From positions 50,406,001 to 50,470,000 of the forward strand of contig OX597826.1 of NCBI GenBank assembly GCA_951406725.2: a DNA stretch of 64,000 bases, in the 5' to 3' direction. Source of the stretch: Octopus vulgaris. Lineage: Eukaryota. Made by a program: the position numbers and the translations under genes. Position 1 is the stretch's first letter, and every line of letters begins with the position of its first letter. Below the pieces are notes generated by a model. That model did not search any database. It saw nothing but the letters and a program-made list of their open reading frames with translations, and was not told where the DNA came from. Positions 1 to 12,745 of this stretch are shown piece by piece.

Positions 1-42
1 GAGTTGTTTATGTTGTTTTTTTGCTCCATCTGTAATTCAAAG

Positions 43-212
43 CCAACATCCGGCTTCGGGATAGTCCAGTCGCCATTGGTCAGTTGGGTCAGTGCGATGT
101 AGCATCTGTTACTGGACTGATGCCAAGACTTCTAACCCATGGGAGCAAGCAGATTGTAGTTGTTGTCAATAAAAGTCCACTTATCTATCCTTCTATCTGT
201 CTGCGTGTATGA
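43..212 (+). CDS. Candidate exon of an unidentified host gene (36/45-nt cassette or phase-1 terminal exon)
   Basis: T-rich tract then AAG| at 42. CpG-retaining unique sequence. GTCAGT donors at 79 and 88 give in-frame 36- and 45-nt exons. The phase-1 frame stays open to TGA 210-212 (xNIRLRDSPVAIGQLGQ...CLRV*). Confidence 0.35.
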
Positions 213-617
213 ATGTGTGTGTATTGTTGTGCATTATTATACATACATACATACATACATACATTGATTTCTAGCAGCTGGGTTATTGGTTCTGCTATGG
301 CAAAGCAGAATTATACAAAAAGCTAAAACGTATGTGCGCACACACATACACACACCTGCATTTGCATAAATATTATTTATGTACCAGGATACTGTTTTCT
401 AATATCCAATGGCATCATCTCTTTAACGAGTATTCTTCTAGAATGGCTGCTGCAAGCATACTGGTGTTTTCTCCTCTTTTATTGATATGACTTATCATTT
501 TTTGTCACCAATTTCCTTATACTCGCTTTTATATTTAGTCTAATAATTTTACATCCATTAGTCTATGACATCAACGGCATTTCAAAATCTGTTTAATGCA
601 AGTATCTGTTGTTACAA

Positions 618-1003
618 GGTGTAGGAGTGACTGTTTGGCAAGTAACTTGCTTATGAACCACATGGTTCCGGGTTCAGTCCCACTGCGTGGCACCTTGGGC
701 TGACCAAAGCTATGTGAGTGGATTTGGTAGACGGAAACTGAAAGAAGCCTGTCGTATATATGTATATATATATGTGTGTGTGTATGTGTTTGTGTGTCTG
801 TGTGTATATGTTTGTCCCCCAACATCGTTTGACAACTGATGCTGGTGTGTTTACGTCGTTGTAACTTAGCAGTTCGGCAAAAGAGACCAAGAGAATAAGT
901 ACTAGGCTTACAAAGAATAAGTCATGGGGTTGATTTACTCGACTAAAAGCGGTGCTCCAGCATGGCCACAGTCACATGACTGAAACAAGTAAAAGAGTAA
1001 AGA
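618..1003 (+). mobile_element. tRNA-derived SINE, family A (~400 bp, internal TG/TA microsatellite)
   Basis: tRNA-like head with B-box-like GGTTCAGTCCC, body 'gtgagtggatttggtagacggaaactgaaagaagcc', tail 'gaaacaagtaaaaga'. Many copies in the window. Confidence 0.9.
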
Positions 1004-1221
1004 ATCTTCACAACGATCTCACCCACACTACAAAGTATAGAAGGATAATTTATGTTTAATTATCAGTAATTCATTATTTTGTTTGCTTTTTTTTTTACAT
1101 GCAGTTTTCCATCCTGGCACAAAGTTTTGCTATATCTATTTGTTAAAGAGAAATAGCTACATGAATTACTGGTGTTGTTTTTTCTGTCTTTGTTATTATC
1201 ATCATCACCAGTGATGAGAAC

Positions 1222-1383
1222 TACCATATATACACTCCTGTGTAAATTACACTAATTTATACTTGATTTTAACTGGGAAAAACTGGGCTGCAGCTTATAC
1301 ACAGGGCAAAGAAGGAAAAAAAAATTGTACCAAGTTTTAACACTGCATTGGAAGGTGCAACTTTTACACAAGTAAATATGGTA
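1222..1383. mobile_element. Tc2/pogo-like MITE
   Basis: Ends TACCATATATAC...GTAAATATGGTA form an imperfect TIR of the taccgtatttac type with TA ends. Confidence 0.55.
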
Positions 1384-1471
1384 ACCTTTGTCAGTGCTTT
1401 TAAATTTGTTGCTTTGTGATACTTAAAACCTATAGTTGTCATTTTAGAGAAGGGTGTGGTTACTCATTTGA

Positions 1472-1511
<40 letters not shown>

Positions 1512-2782
1512 GCACAGTCACTATTTTACAGGTTGTTTGGTGTCTGTGTTTGTACAGCCAGATTTCAATACTTGTGCTATGCATTTTATCATCATACGGT
1601 TAGACTTGTAGCTGTTTTCCACTTTTATGAAGTGAAAATAAATAGCAAAAACATTTATTTAAACCCTTTTGACACCGACCTGTTTAAAACCATTTGTTTT
1701 AAAGTGATCTAAATTAAAATCATCCATCAAAATTTCATGTTAATTTATGTTCTAAACACCAGCTTATTGTATTATCCAGCAAACAATTTGATGTAGTATA
1801 TAATGTAAATATGTAGTGTGAACATTCAAGCCTCATCGTTATTTTTACCTAATCCTGCTGTACTTCACATGGAATTTTAAGTCTTTGAAATTTAATCTTA
1901 GTGTATAAGTTGACCTACCCCTTTTGACTATAAATTTTGGTCTGAAAAATTAAACTTGATTGCTAGAAAATATGATAATGACAAAATTATTTGAATAAGT
2001 TCAATATTTTAAAAATTGAATTAAAAGCCATGTATTTCAACAGAAATATGGTGACTAATGGGTTAAGTACACATTCTGATATTTATATGAGTTCATGTTA
2101 TGTCTTGTAGTGATATCATCATCTAACATCTATATTCCATGCTGATGAGGGTTGAACGGCTTGACAGAAACTGACAAAGCCAGGGGCCACATCAGGTTCT
2201 ATAGTCTGTTTTGGTTTAGTTTCTACTACTGGATGCCCTTCCTAACACCAACCACTTAAAAAAGTGTATTGAGTGCTTTTTACATTGCACCAATATCTAC
2301 CCCAATACTTATGTGGCACCTTGGTTTTAAGATCTCAATTCTGTTGTGACAGACAGGTCTTCTTGGATATGTATGTATATATATTACTGCATTTAGTTGG
2401 ATTGAAATCCTATATTTATATCTCACCAGTGGTGAGTGTATATGATAATAAAGTTGTGTGGGTATCTCTTATGTGTATAAAAGATTACTTGACATGATGT
2501 ATCAAAAGGTTGATGCTTTGCCTTTCAGTTGGGTTTAGAATTATGTTTAGTAACAAGAAACATTTTACATAAGAATTTCTGTTATCAACTGGTCATGCAA
2601 TTGAAAACTCAGATTCTGGACTCCAGTCTCTTAACTGAAATTGAAACGAACAGTTTGGAATTTAGGGCGTCAGAAACTGTATGTCATTATTTGGCCTACT
2701 AAAAGTAGCAATCAAATCATCTTCAAATCACATGCTACTCCTTCAAGAGAAGAAGGAATGGCATTGGATTATGTCATCTTAA

Positions 2783-3129
2783 GCTACAAAATATATATAT
2801 ATAAATAGATAAGACATGATGGTCACAGTTGGAATGCTTTTGTCAAGTCTTGTTCAATGAGAGACAATGTGGAGCTAATCAACAGCAAGAAAATTTATGG
2901 CACTCTGGGTCTGTTGCACTGTAAACTAATTTTCTTATTGGAAACTTGATTTAAGTCATCTTACATATAACATCAGCTACAAAAAAATAAATAAGGTATG
3001 ATAGTCACGGTTGGAATGCTTTTGTCAGTAGGTCTTTTTCAATGAGAGCCAATAGGAAGCTAATCAACAAAAAAATTTATGGCACTCTGGATCTGTGGAA
3101 CTGTGAACTAATTTTCTTATTGGAAACTT
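2783..3129. repeat. Local tandem duplication (~165 bp x2)
   Basis: 2783-2949 and 2975-3129 share 'agctacaaaa...gttggaatgcttttgtca...aatttatggcactctgg...ggaaacttg'. Confidence 0.85.
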
Positions 3130-3475
3130 GGTTCCACTATGTCAGTGTACCAAGTTATCATTTGTGTTTGTTATAAAACTATCCTTTATCATACCAACTT
3201 GCCTGAGACTGCACTTGGTTCTATGACACAAACTTCCTGGTTTTAAAGTTTCGTATTAGTCCGAAACACCATTCTATTTTACTACTAAATTCTTCATTAT
3301 TTTCAAAATTAATGGAAACAAAGAATTTGTATTTCAATAGAAATACAATAACAAAACGGTTAAATTTTATTTGAATATTAGTATAAATCCAGTGGAGTGT
3401 TGAATGATAGATTGTTATACAGAAACAGAGTTTATGATACAGTACGATGTTATGTTACAGTAATGATGAAGATGA

Positions 3476-6400
3476 TTCTTTTTAATTTTTGGCACAAGGC
3501 CAACAGTTTTGAGGAAAAGGAGTTAGTAGATTGCATCAATCTCTAGTGCTCAACTGATGTTTATTTTATTGACTCAAAAGGATGAAAGGCGATGTTGGCC
3601 TTGATATCATTTGAATTCAGAACTTGAAGCCCAATGAAATGCCGAAGCCCAATGAAATGCCGAAGCCCAATGAAATGCCACTAAGCATTTTGCCTAACAT
3701 GCTAATGATTCTGCCAGCTTACTGCCTTTAATAATAATAATAATAATAATGGTTTCAAATTTTGCCACAAGGACAGTCATGTTGGGGGAGGGGTTAAGTC
3801 GATTTCATCGACCTCAGTATTTCACTGGTACTTAATTTATTGACCCCCAAAAGGATGAAAGGCATGATAATGACTTATTTATTTAAATAATAATAATCCT
3901 TTCTACTGAAAGCACAATGTCTAAAATTTGGTGGGAGGGGGCTAGTTGATTACATTGACCCCAGTGTTTCACTGGTACTTAATTTATCAACTTTGAAAAG
4001 ATGAAAGGCAAAGTTGACCTTGATGGAATTTGAACTCAGAACGTAGCGACAGGCAAAATACCACTGAGCATTTTGTCCAGCGTGCTAATGATTCTGCCAA
4101 CTTGCTGCCTTTTGTATAATGATAATAATAATAATAATGGTTTCAAATTTTGGCACAAGGCCAGCAAGTTTAGAGAAGGGAGTAGTAAGTCGATTACATT
4201 GATCCTAATGTTCAACTGGTACTTATTTTATTGGCCCTTAAAGGATGAAAGGTTGAGTTGACCTTGGCAGAACTTGAACTCAGAACATAAAAATGAATGA
4301 ATTGCTGCTGAGTATTTTGCTTGGCATGATAATAATTCTGCCAGCCTACCACCTTAATAAAAAAAATTAAAAAATAATAATAATAATGGTTTCTACTTGA
4401 GGCACTAGGCCAGCAGTTTTGAGACGAGGGATTTAATCAATACCATCAGCCCAAGCACATGACTGGTACTTTATTTTATTGACCCTCAAAAGGATGCACA
4501 GCAAAAGTTGACTTTTGCAGAATTTGAAATCTCAATTTGTTGGAAGAAATACTGGATAGTCTTTTGTCTGGTGGTCTAATGATTTCACCAGTCCATTCTC
4601 TAACATTGATGCACGGCCAGAAATCGGTTGGTGAGGAATAGTGGGTTTAAATCAACTTCGACTGGTTCTGTATTTTATTGATCCCAGAAAGGATGAAAGT
4701 CAAAGCTGACCTTGTTGGAATTTGAACTTGGGACATGAACAGTTGCCAGAAATGCTGCTAAGCATTTTACTCTTTTACTTGTTTCAGTCATTTGACTGTG
4801 GCCATGCTGGAGCACAGCCTTTTAGTCGAGCAAATCGACTTCATGACATATTCTTTGTAAGCCTAGTACTTATTCTATTGGTCTCTTTTGCCGAACCGCT
4901 AAGTTACTGGGATGTAAACACACCAGCATCGGTTGTTAAGCGATGTTGGGAGGATAAACACAGACACACAAACACACACACACACACACATATAAACATA
5001 TACTTATATACGACGGGCTTCTTTCAGTTTCCATCTACCAAATCCACTCACAATGCTTTGGTTGGCCTGAGGCCAAAGTAGAAGACACTTTGCCCAAGGT
5101 GCCACATAGTGGGACTGAACCCGGAACCATGTAGTTGGTAAGCAAGCTACTTACCACACAGCCACTCCTGCGCCTACAATGTGCTAATGAGTCTGCCAGC
5201 TTGCTGCCTTAATGATAATAATGATAATAATAATAATCCCTTCTACTATAGGCACAGGGCCTGAAATTTTGGGGAGGGTGGATAGTTGATTACATTGATC
5301 CCAGTACTCAACTGCTACTTAATCTTATCTTAAACCCCCGGAGGATGAAAGGTAAAATTGTCCTCAGCAGAATTTGAACTCTGAGCATAAAGATGGATGA
5401 AATGCTGTTAAGCACTTTGTCCAATGTGCTAACAGTTCTGCCAGTTTGTTGCCTTAACAGCAATAACAATAATAATGGTTTCAAATTTGGGCACAAGGCC
5501 AATAATTGTTGGAGAGGATGCATGTTGATTACATTGACCCCCAGTGCTCAACTGGTATTCATTCTATTGACTCGAAAGCATGAAAGGCAAAGTCAACCTC
5601 AGCAGCATTTGAACTCAGAACATAAAGACAGATGTAATACCTATTTCTTTATTACCCACAAGGGGCTAAACACAGAGGGGACAAACAAGGAAAGACATAG
5701 GTATTAAGTTGATTACATCGACCCCCAGTGCGTAACTGGTACTTAATTTATCGACCCCGAAAGGATGAAAGACAAAGTCGACCTCGGCGGAATTTGAACT
5801 CACAACCTAATGCAGACGAAATACCGCTAAGCATTTCGCCCGGCGTGCTAATGTTTCTGCCAGATGTAATACCGCTAAGCCTTTTGTCTGATGCACTAAT
5901 CATTCTGCCAGCTTGCCGCTGTTAATAATAATAATGATGATGATGATGATTTCGAATTTTTGCCGCAAAGGCAGCTTGGGGGAGGGGGGATTAAGTCGAT
6001 TGCATCAACCCCAGTGCGTACTTATTTAATCGAGCCTGAAAGGATGATCGGCAAAGTTGACCTTGGCAGAATTTCAACTCAGAACATAATGATGGATGAA
6101 ATACTGCTAAGCATTTTGCCCAGTATGCTAACAATTCTTCCAGCTTGCTGCCATTCTGATAACTATAATTAATTCTGACAAAGCCTGAAAATTACTGGGA
6201 GGTAAACGACTGTATTGACCTCATTACTTGACTGGTACTTCATCAACCCCAGATAGATGAAAGCAGAAGTTGAACTCAGAACATAAAAAAAGTCAGAGCA
6301 AGTACAGCAGGATGCTTTTAGAATTCTGTCAAATCAACCAGTGTTATGTAATAATTATAATCTAAGGTGGCAAGCTGCCAGAACTGTTAGCATGCTGGGC

Positions 6401-6600
6401 AAAATGCTTCGCAGTATTTCATCTGTCTCTACATTCTTCCGCCAAAGTCGACTTTGCTTTTCATCCTTTCAGGGTCGATAAATTAAGTACCAGTTGCCTA
6501 CTGAGGTTGATCTAATCGACTAGCCCTCTCCCCCACACACTCCCAAAAAATTTCAGGCCTTTTGCCTAGAGTTGAAAAGAATAATAATAATAATAATAAT
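3476..6600 (-). mobile_element. Tandem array of ~11 tRNA-derived SINE family B copies, mostly minus strand (last copy 6363-6580 is plus)
   Basis: Repeated ~215-bp unit (sense aaggcggcgagctggcagaa...gagttcaaattc...catcctttcggggtcgataaattaagtaccag...ggccttgtgcc) separated by (TAA)n tracts. Confidence 0.9.
4763..5177 (-). mobile_element. SINE family A nested inside a family B copy
   Basis: Near full-length reverse copy of 618-1003. The host B copy resumes at 5178. Confidence 0.9.
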
Positions 6601-7907
6601 CTCTAGTAGAAAAAGAAATATATTATGCAAAAACATTGCAAGAAAGTAATAAAATATTGTGCTGCAGTATAATTGCACTGTAATTTACATTTGTACTATT
6701 TTCCATCTCTCTTTGCTTCCTTGTAATGCTGGTTACAGCGTTTTGTTGGTAGAGAAGTTTTGGCATTAATTGTGGCGTTTTACAAATAATTTTCCACCTA
6801 ATTTGTTTCGCATTATTAATAGACAATACATGATTGCAATTTATTTCCCGTATTACAGCATTTGCTGGAGACCTGTTTCTGTTTTTTTCCTTTTTTTCCG
6901 TTAGTTTTTGTTTACTTTTTGGTAATTATTTTCTGTTTGATAATTAAAATATTTTATGCTTGCTATGGCTTTGAGCATATGCGTGTATGTGCTTTAGTGT
7001 CTGTGTATATGCAAAATAAGGTAGTCTCGTATGTGTGTGTGTAATGCTTGCATGGGTGCACCGATCAGGCAGGCTTAGAATGAATACCCACCATTTATGT
7101 GTTTATGGTTGGTGTTTTGCTGTTGCTGCTACTACTACTGTGGATTGCCTGAATCATTAGTATTAGAAAATATGCTATGCAATATTTATTCTTGCTCTTT
7201 ACATTCTGAGTTCAAATCCAGGTCATCGAGGTCAATAGTGTCTTTCATCGTCAGCAAAATAAAGTCTCAGTTTAGGGGTTAATTAAATCAACTTTTCCCT
7301 TCTCTACAGCACTCTGGCCCTGTGTGGTCACTGCTGTTGCTAAATCCATTTATTGCAGAGAAGTGCGCTGATAGCCTGCTCCTCTCGGTCATTGATTCGT
7401 CAAGAATATTAAATAGGCGTAGGCACAGTTGTTAAGAAGTTTGATTCACAACCACATGGTTTTGGGTTCAGTCTCAGGGTGTGGTACCTTGAGTAAGTGC
7501 CTTGTACGGACCAATGCATGTGAGCAGATTTGGTTGACAGAAACTGTAGGAACCTTGTCGTGTGTGTGTGTACGTCCATATGTACAATTCTTAGGTATTC
7601 CATTTTTATCATTGCTTGAGCAAAACAGTGTTGATGTTTATATTACCTGTTGATGTCTTCTTTCAAAGAACCTGTGGAATAAGCAATTAAGGATTTAGCA
7701 ACAGGCAAAGCATCCAGCCATAAAATCCTGCCTCAAGTCCCCACCCAAACCCATGCTAGTATGGGAAAAACAGACTTTAAATGAACACTCAAAGACCCAA
7801 TGCATTTATATGTTTCTGAACACTTGCAGAGCTTTTTTTCTAAAACATACAGATGCTCTTCTCCATTGGTATTATTTCAGCTAACTTTTCTCCCCGATGA
7901 TTTAAAT

Positions 7908-8203
7908 CAGTGGTTCTTAACCTTTTTCATCATCTTACCCTATGAGACTCTCCAGGGTATTACTGTGACACCTGTAATAAATTTTGTAATGGTCTTTGAA
8001 CACAAAGCGCTATGAGAATCATGGAGCAGGAGCAAAGCACATACAATCATGATACTGCTAGCAGCTGCAATACAGCAATACAACTGCAATGCAGTACCTC
8101 AAATACATAAAATAAATGACTTTCTCCCAAACCTTCTGTGATGCACCCGAGAAACCCCAAATTTCTTCCTCAGAGGTCAGTACTCCCAGGTTAAGAACTG
8201 CTG
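7908..8203. mobile_element. hAT (Charlie-like) MITE
   Basis: TIRs CAGTGGTTCTTAACC / GGTTAAGAACTGCTG. 8-bp TSD ATTTAAAT (7900-7907) / ATCTAAAT (8204-8211). Confidence 0.8.
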
Positions 8204-8559
8204 ATCTAAATTACATGAATGTGTACAGGATGATACACCTGTATGCAGCTAAATGTAGAAATTTTTCAACAAAGCATTAAATTGCAACTGAAGAATATTT
8301 ACATAAGTCCTGTAACAGTTACTCTATGATATCGCTTATACATAAGAAATGGTTTGTGAGATTTTCCTTATTTCAAATAATTGAGTTTTGCTGATACAAC
8401 ATTGATTTTTACAACATATTGACAAAAGTGTAAGTTAACATAGGAATAAGGTTCTTTTAGTTACCTGTTTTTCACATCCCTATACTGCATTTCTAGTTTT
8501 GGTTTTATGACCTGTGACTTTTAGTTGTAACAAAGGGAACATCATGAACTGATTCCTAA

Positions 8560-9150
8560 TAACTATATTGTTGATAACACCCAGAAGAAAGTGCTTCTTT
8601 CCGTTCACCAAAGTGAATGGAGCTTTGGCCAGGAGGAACTGATGTCATCAGACACTACCCAACTTTCATTTGGGTGTTTTGACCCTGAACTGTGACACCC
8701 TCCTGCTAGTGGATCAGCAGAATTTGCCAAATCACTGCCCATCATCTCATCCTGGCATCCACCTTAACTTATTTCTTTTGCTCCATAACCAGTAACTGGC
8801 TCTTTCTGCTGCCTCTCCCAGTCATTACACAGCCACCCTTTGCACTTTTCCTCTCATTCCAATGGCTGAAAGCATCCTCTGTACCAATTGGGTAGGGAAT
8901 CACATACAGCCAACATTAACTGGGAAAAGCCGTAACTGCCATCTCTTCTCCCTGCAATCCTGCAGAAGGCTCTCATACTTGGCATGCTTCTGTTCATAGG
9001 TTTGATCACACCCTTCTTCCCACAAGATAGCTCAATCAAGAATATTTTCCTTACCTTTTCTGACTACAGAACTACATTTGGCCTCAGGGATGTATGGATG
9101 ACCTGTGAAAACTTCAGTCTTTCTTCCAGTTCCACTTTCATATCCCATGA
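8560..9150 (-). mobile_element. HERO-like RLE non-LTR retrotransposon, 5'-truncated decayed 3' end
   Basis: Minus-strand translation with stops and a frameshift: WDMKVELEERLKFSQVIHTSLRPNVVL*SEKVRKIFLIEL / WEEGCDQTYEQKHAKYESLLQDCREKRWQLRLFPVNVGC...GEAAERASYWLWSKR. This is the typical HERO endonuclease C-terminus. Stop at 8747-8749, then 3' UTR. Confidence 0.85.
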
Positions 9151-9336
9151 ATTTATTCCTAATAATTATATATAATGTGTGTCTCAGCATTCATTCATAA
9201 AGTTTGTGTTGTTAATTTGTAAACTGTTTGCTTTTTTGTTTTGTCCTCTCTCATTGCTTGTTCTCCAATATATAAATTTGTATATATGTCTGACCATAGT
9301 GGCTCTTACTATTAAAAAATAAATGTAAAGTTACAG

Positions 9337-9579
9337 CAATGTTTCTCAACCATTTTTTACCTCTGGACTCCTTTTGATTCCTATTTTATTAGGGTAAGTT
9401 CCTCAGCAATTCAGTGTTCAAAAAATGTTTTATACATTATTATAATTAAATACTATTCGGAATTGTATAAAAAAAATTGTGAAAATATTGTGGAAGTATA
9501 ACTAATATATTGCACAAGAATTTTAACAACTGGGTTCATATGTCTCCAAGGGCATATGGACTCCAGTTGAGAATCACTG
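9337..9579. mobile_element. hAT-like MITE
   Basis: Ends CAATGTTTCTCAAC / GTTGAGAATCACTG. Degenerate 8-bp TSD AGTTACAG / GGCTACAG. Confidence 0.6.
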
Positions 9580-9599
9580 GGCTACAGGTTTTTTAAAAC

Positions 9600-9786
9600 T
9601 CTTTACTTGTTTCAGCTTTTATACTGCAGCCATGCTGAGACAACCCTTGAAGGGTTCAGTGAAGCAAATTGACCCTAGTACTTATTTTTAAACCCGGCAC
9701 TTATTCTATTGGTCACTTTGTTTGCAAACTGCTAAGTTATGGGGATGTAAACAAACCAGCACTGAATTTCAAATAGTGATGAGGGG

Positions 9787-9817
<31 letters not shown>

Positions 9818-9960
9818 TGCATGACGGGTTTATTTTAGTTTCCATCAACCAAGGCTTTGGTTGACTCAAAGCTAAAGTGGCAGACACTTATCATGCAGTG
9901 CAACTGAACCCAAGACCACATGGTTGGGAAGCAAACCTCTTCACCACACAGCCACACCTT
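9600..9960 (-). mobile_element. SINE family A
   Basis: Reverse copy with tail, CA tract and head. Confidence 0.8.
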
Positions 9961-10619
9961 TTGTTTGTTTTTTTTTCTTTTTTATTTAATACTAGCTGAG
10001 TCTGGTGAATGGGTCAGTGCTTGCTCTTGATCGTTGTAGGTCCTTCCTGATCAGTGCACTCGATGCTGTTAATGTTTTGTCAGCATTGTTGCTGGTCAAA
10101 CTCCTACAGGAAAGACATGAGTAAGGAGGAGATTCCAGAGGGATAATATTCTGGAGAGGAACGAAATGTGTAGAATGTGAGATGGGGAAGGGTTGATGCC
10201 AAGTGAGTATTTAGATGTGTGATCTTAAGTGGGCAAAAAAACCCCAACTTTTTTATAATGTAATTAAACAGTTTATAGTTGATTTATAAGTGGATACTTA
10301 TTCGTAGGTTTTCTATCTGTCCTCAGCTGACACATTATTTCTTGGGCTATAAGATTTAACACATTACATAGAAATTGTATTGTAAGGTTGATCCTTAAGG
10401 TCACCAGTATCCGAGCAGTAAAGAGTCTCTTATATATTAACTATTCTGTGATCAGCTGCAATAATAGGGGTTTCTTTCCTGCAGATCTTGACATATAGCT
10501 TATGATATCAGTCAGGGCTGGGCTGTTCTTTGTATCAGTGTCTGTTGGGAATATTCTAGTCTAAGTTACTATTAGCACATCAGTTCATTGATATAGCTGT
10601 AGGGATGTAAGCAGCAAGA

Positions 10620-10847
10620 TTAACCTTTTAATATCAACCCAGCTGAAACCGCTTCTGGCTCTGTAGTACAAATGTCTTGTTTTCAGAAGTTCTGAATTAA
10701 AATCTTCCACCAAACCTTAGTTACAATTTATGTTCCTAACACTAGCTTAATTATAACTTAGTTATTTTACTAAATTCTTTGTTATATTTAATATTAATTG
10801 AAAGAAACACAGAGCATCTCAACAGAATATGGTAATAAAATGGTTAA
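10620..10847 (-). mobile_element. piggyBac-like MITE (~228 bp)
   Basis: TTAA at both ends with CCCT/AGGG-type termini. Same body as the copies at 23297, 45985, 51048 and 62654. Confidence 0.85.
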
Positions 10848-11849
10848 AGCAATACTTGACCACAATTACTTTAAGTGGTCACTTGTTAGCACAGCATAAG
10901 ATTTCTTTGTGTTGAGTTGCCTGTTTGATGCCTAAAATTCTTTAGAAGTGGCTTTGATGAAAAACCTTCAGTTAATGAGTCTGGCAGCTGCAGTTCTTTG
11001 TTCATTATTCACATTTTTCCTTTCAGACTTTGTGTGATATTTAGTTAGATTTGTAATTATATAAATATAATACATCACCACCATCATCATCACATCTATT
11101 TTTCCCCTGCCTGCTCATGGGGGTTGGACGGGTTTATCACATATCCTTATTCAGAATAACAGCCCTCTTAGGGACTGTGGTAGTGGCATGTCCAGTTTGT
11201 GACAATTTATGATATATCTCTGTGCAGGGTTGCATTGGTATAGTTTTTTTTTTGTTTGTTTTTTTTTGCCTTGGATTTCTTGCAAAGAAGCAAAATTAAA
11301 GTTAAAGTACGTTCGTATTATTCTGCCAAAATTAATGTTTTTACATCCACATTGTTTTGAATTAATCATGCATTATCTTGTAGCTATGAGATTTTGATGA
11401 GGTAGCTGTTAATTTTTAAGATGATATTGTAGGGTTGGTGTGAGAGACCAGATACGGCCAGTTTGAATATAAAACAGACAGAATACTTTTGGCCGGATAT
11501 GGCCGGTTTAAATGCTAAAGGGTTAAAGTACATGAAACATTGTCCCAAGGGCATTAATGAAGTAAATGAAATGAATTGGTTACCATCTCTAATTTAGAGT
11601 ATTCAGTTATGTTATTAGTACTCTCCTGTAGGTATGGCTGTGTAGTTGGGAAGTTTTACCTTGTAACCACATATTCCTAGAACTGATTCCACAAGTGTTT
11701 TCTATCATTGCCTTTGATGCATCAAAGCCTCTGAGGTACATTTGGTAGATAGGAATCCTCTGTGTGTGTGTGTGTGTGTGTGTTGGCAAGGAATCATAAC
11801 ATTGTTACAGCAAGCAAAAATAGCTTGTGGGAAATGGAGACAAAAATAA

Positions 11850-12745
11850 GCATTTAGTAATTCATAAGATTTGAAATATCATTTGAAAATCATTTTTTAG
11901 CTGATCAAAAACTGGAAGTATCAAAGTTGGTACAAAAATAATTGTGATTTTTAACAGTGACATTTGAAGACAATACTACTACTTCTCCATTCAAAATAGA
12001 TTTTATTCTTTGAAATAATTACCATTAGAGTCTACTCCATTTTTGCCGTAATGAAATAAGTATTTTGATAGCATAGAATTCTGGTGTCCTGGAATTGATG
12101 TATTCTTTAAAGGTATTTTGAGGTGCTGGTCAGTTGTTAAAAATCTTTTGAAGTTATCAAGATGCTTGAAAACATGGTATGAAGTTGGAGAGTTTTGGAG
12201 CCCAGTTTTTCCCAGTTCCTGCAGAACCATTGTGAAATGTGGTCAGCTACTGTGATGAAGAGGAATCTATCCTTTTTGATTGGTTAATGCTAGATATGTT
12301 GTAGTTCTTGATAAATTTTTGTCAATTTCTTAGAATATTTCTTTACTGTGTTGGTTCACCAAGATTCATAGAATATTAGTGGATGATTCCACTTTCCAAT
12401 TACCAAACTGACCATAACTTTTTTCAATGTAGTTTCAGTTTGGGAAAGTGTTTTGACACTTCGCCTTGTCTCAGCCACTGCACACAATGCCCTTAGGTGC
12501 TGTATAGAATCTTTTTTCGTTACATCACAACACAATGTAAAAAAAAAATTATATTGCACAACAGAAGTAAAGAACAGACTTCACATGCTAGAAACATATT
12601 TTAAAAAATTCGGTTTGGTTGGTATTCATTATTGAAATCTTTTTTGCCGTCCAGAATAGTGCAAATGTTGAATGGTGACTGTTTAATTCTTCTGCAACCT
12701 TTCAAGTTGTTTTGTACAGGTCCACTTCAATGATAAGAGTCTTCA
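11850..12745 (-). mobile_element. Decayed mariner transposase remnant
   Basis: ORF 12003-12230 contains SPTSYHVFKHLDNF (mariner YSPDLxPxDYHxFxxLxNF-like). Frameshifted. Boundaries approximate. Confidence 0.7.

Noticed and set aside
618-700. tRNA-like A/B boxes in SINE heads
   Set aside because: They are SINE promoters with no complete cloverleaf, so they are not tRNA genes.
3627-3679. Short triplication of gaagcccaatgaaatgcc
   Set aside because: Local slippage within a SINE copy.
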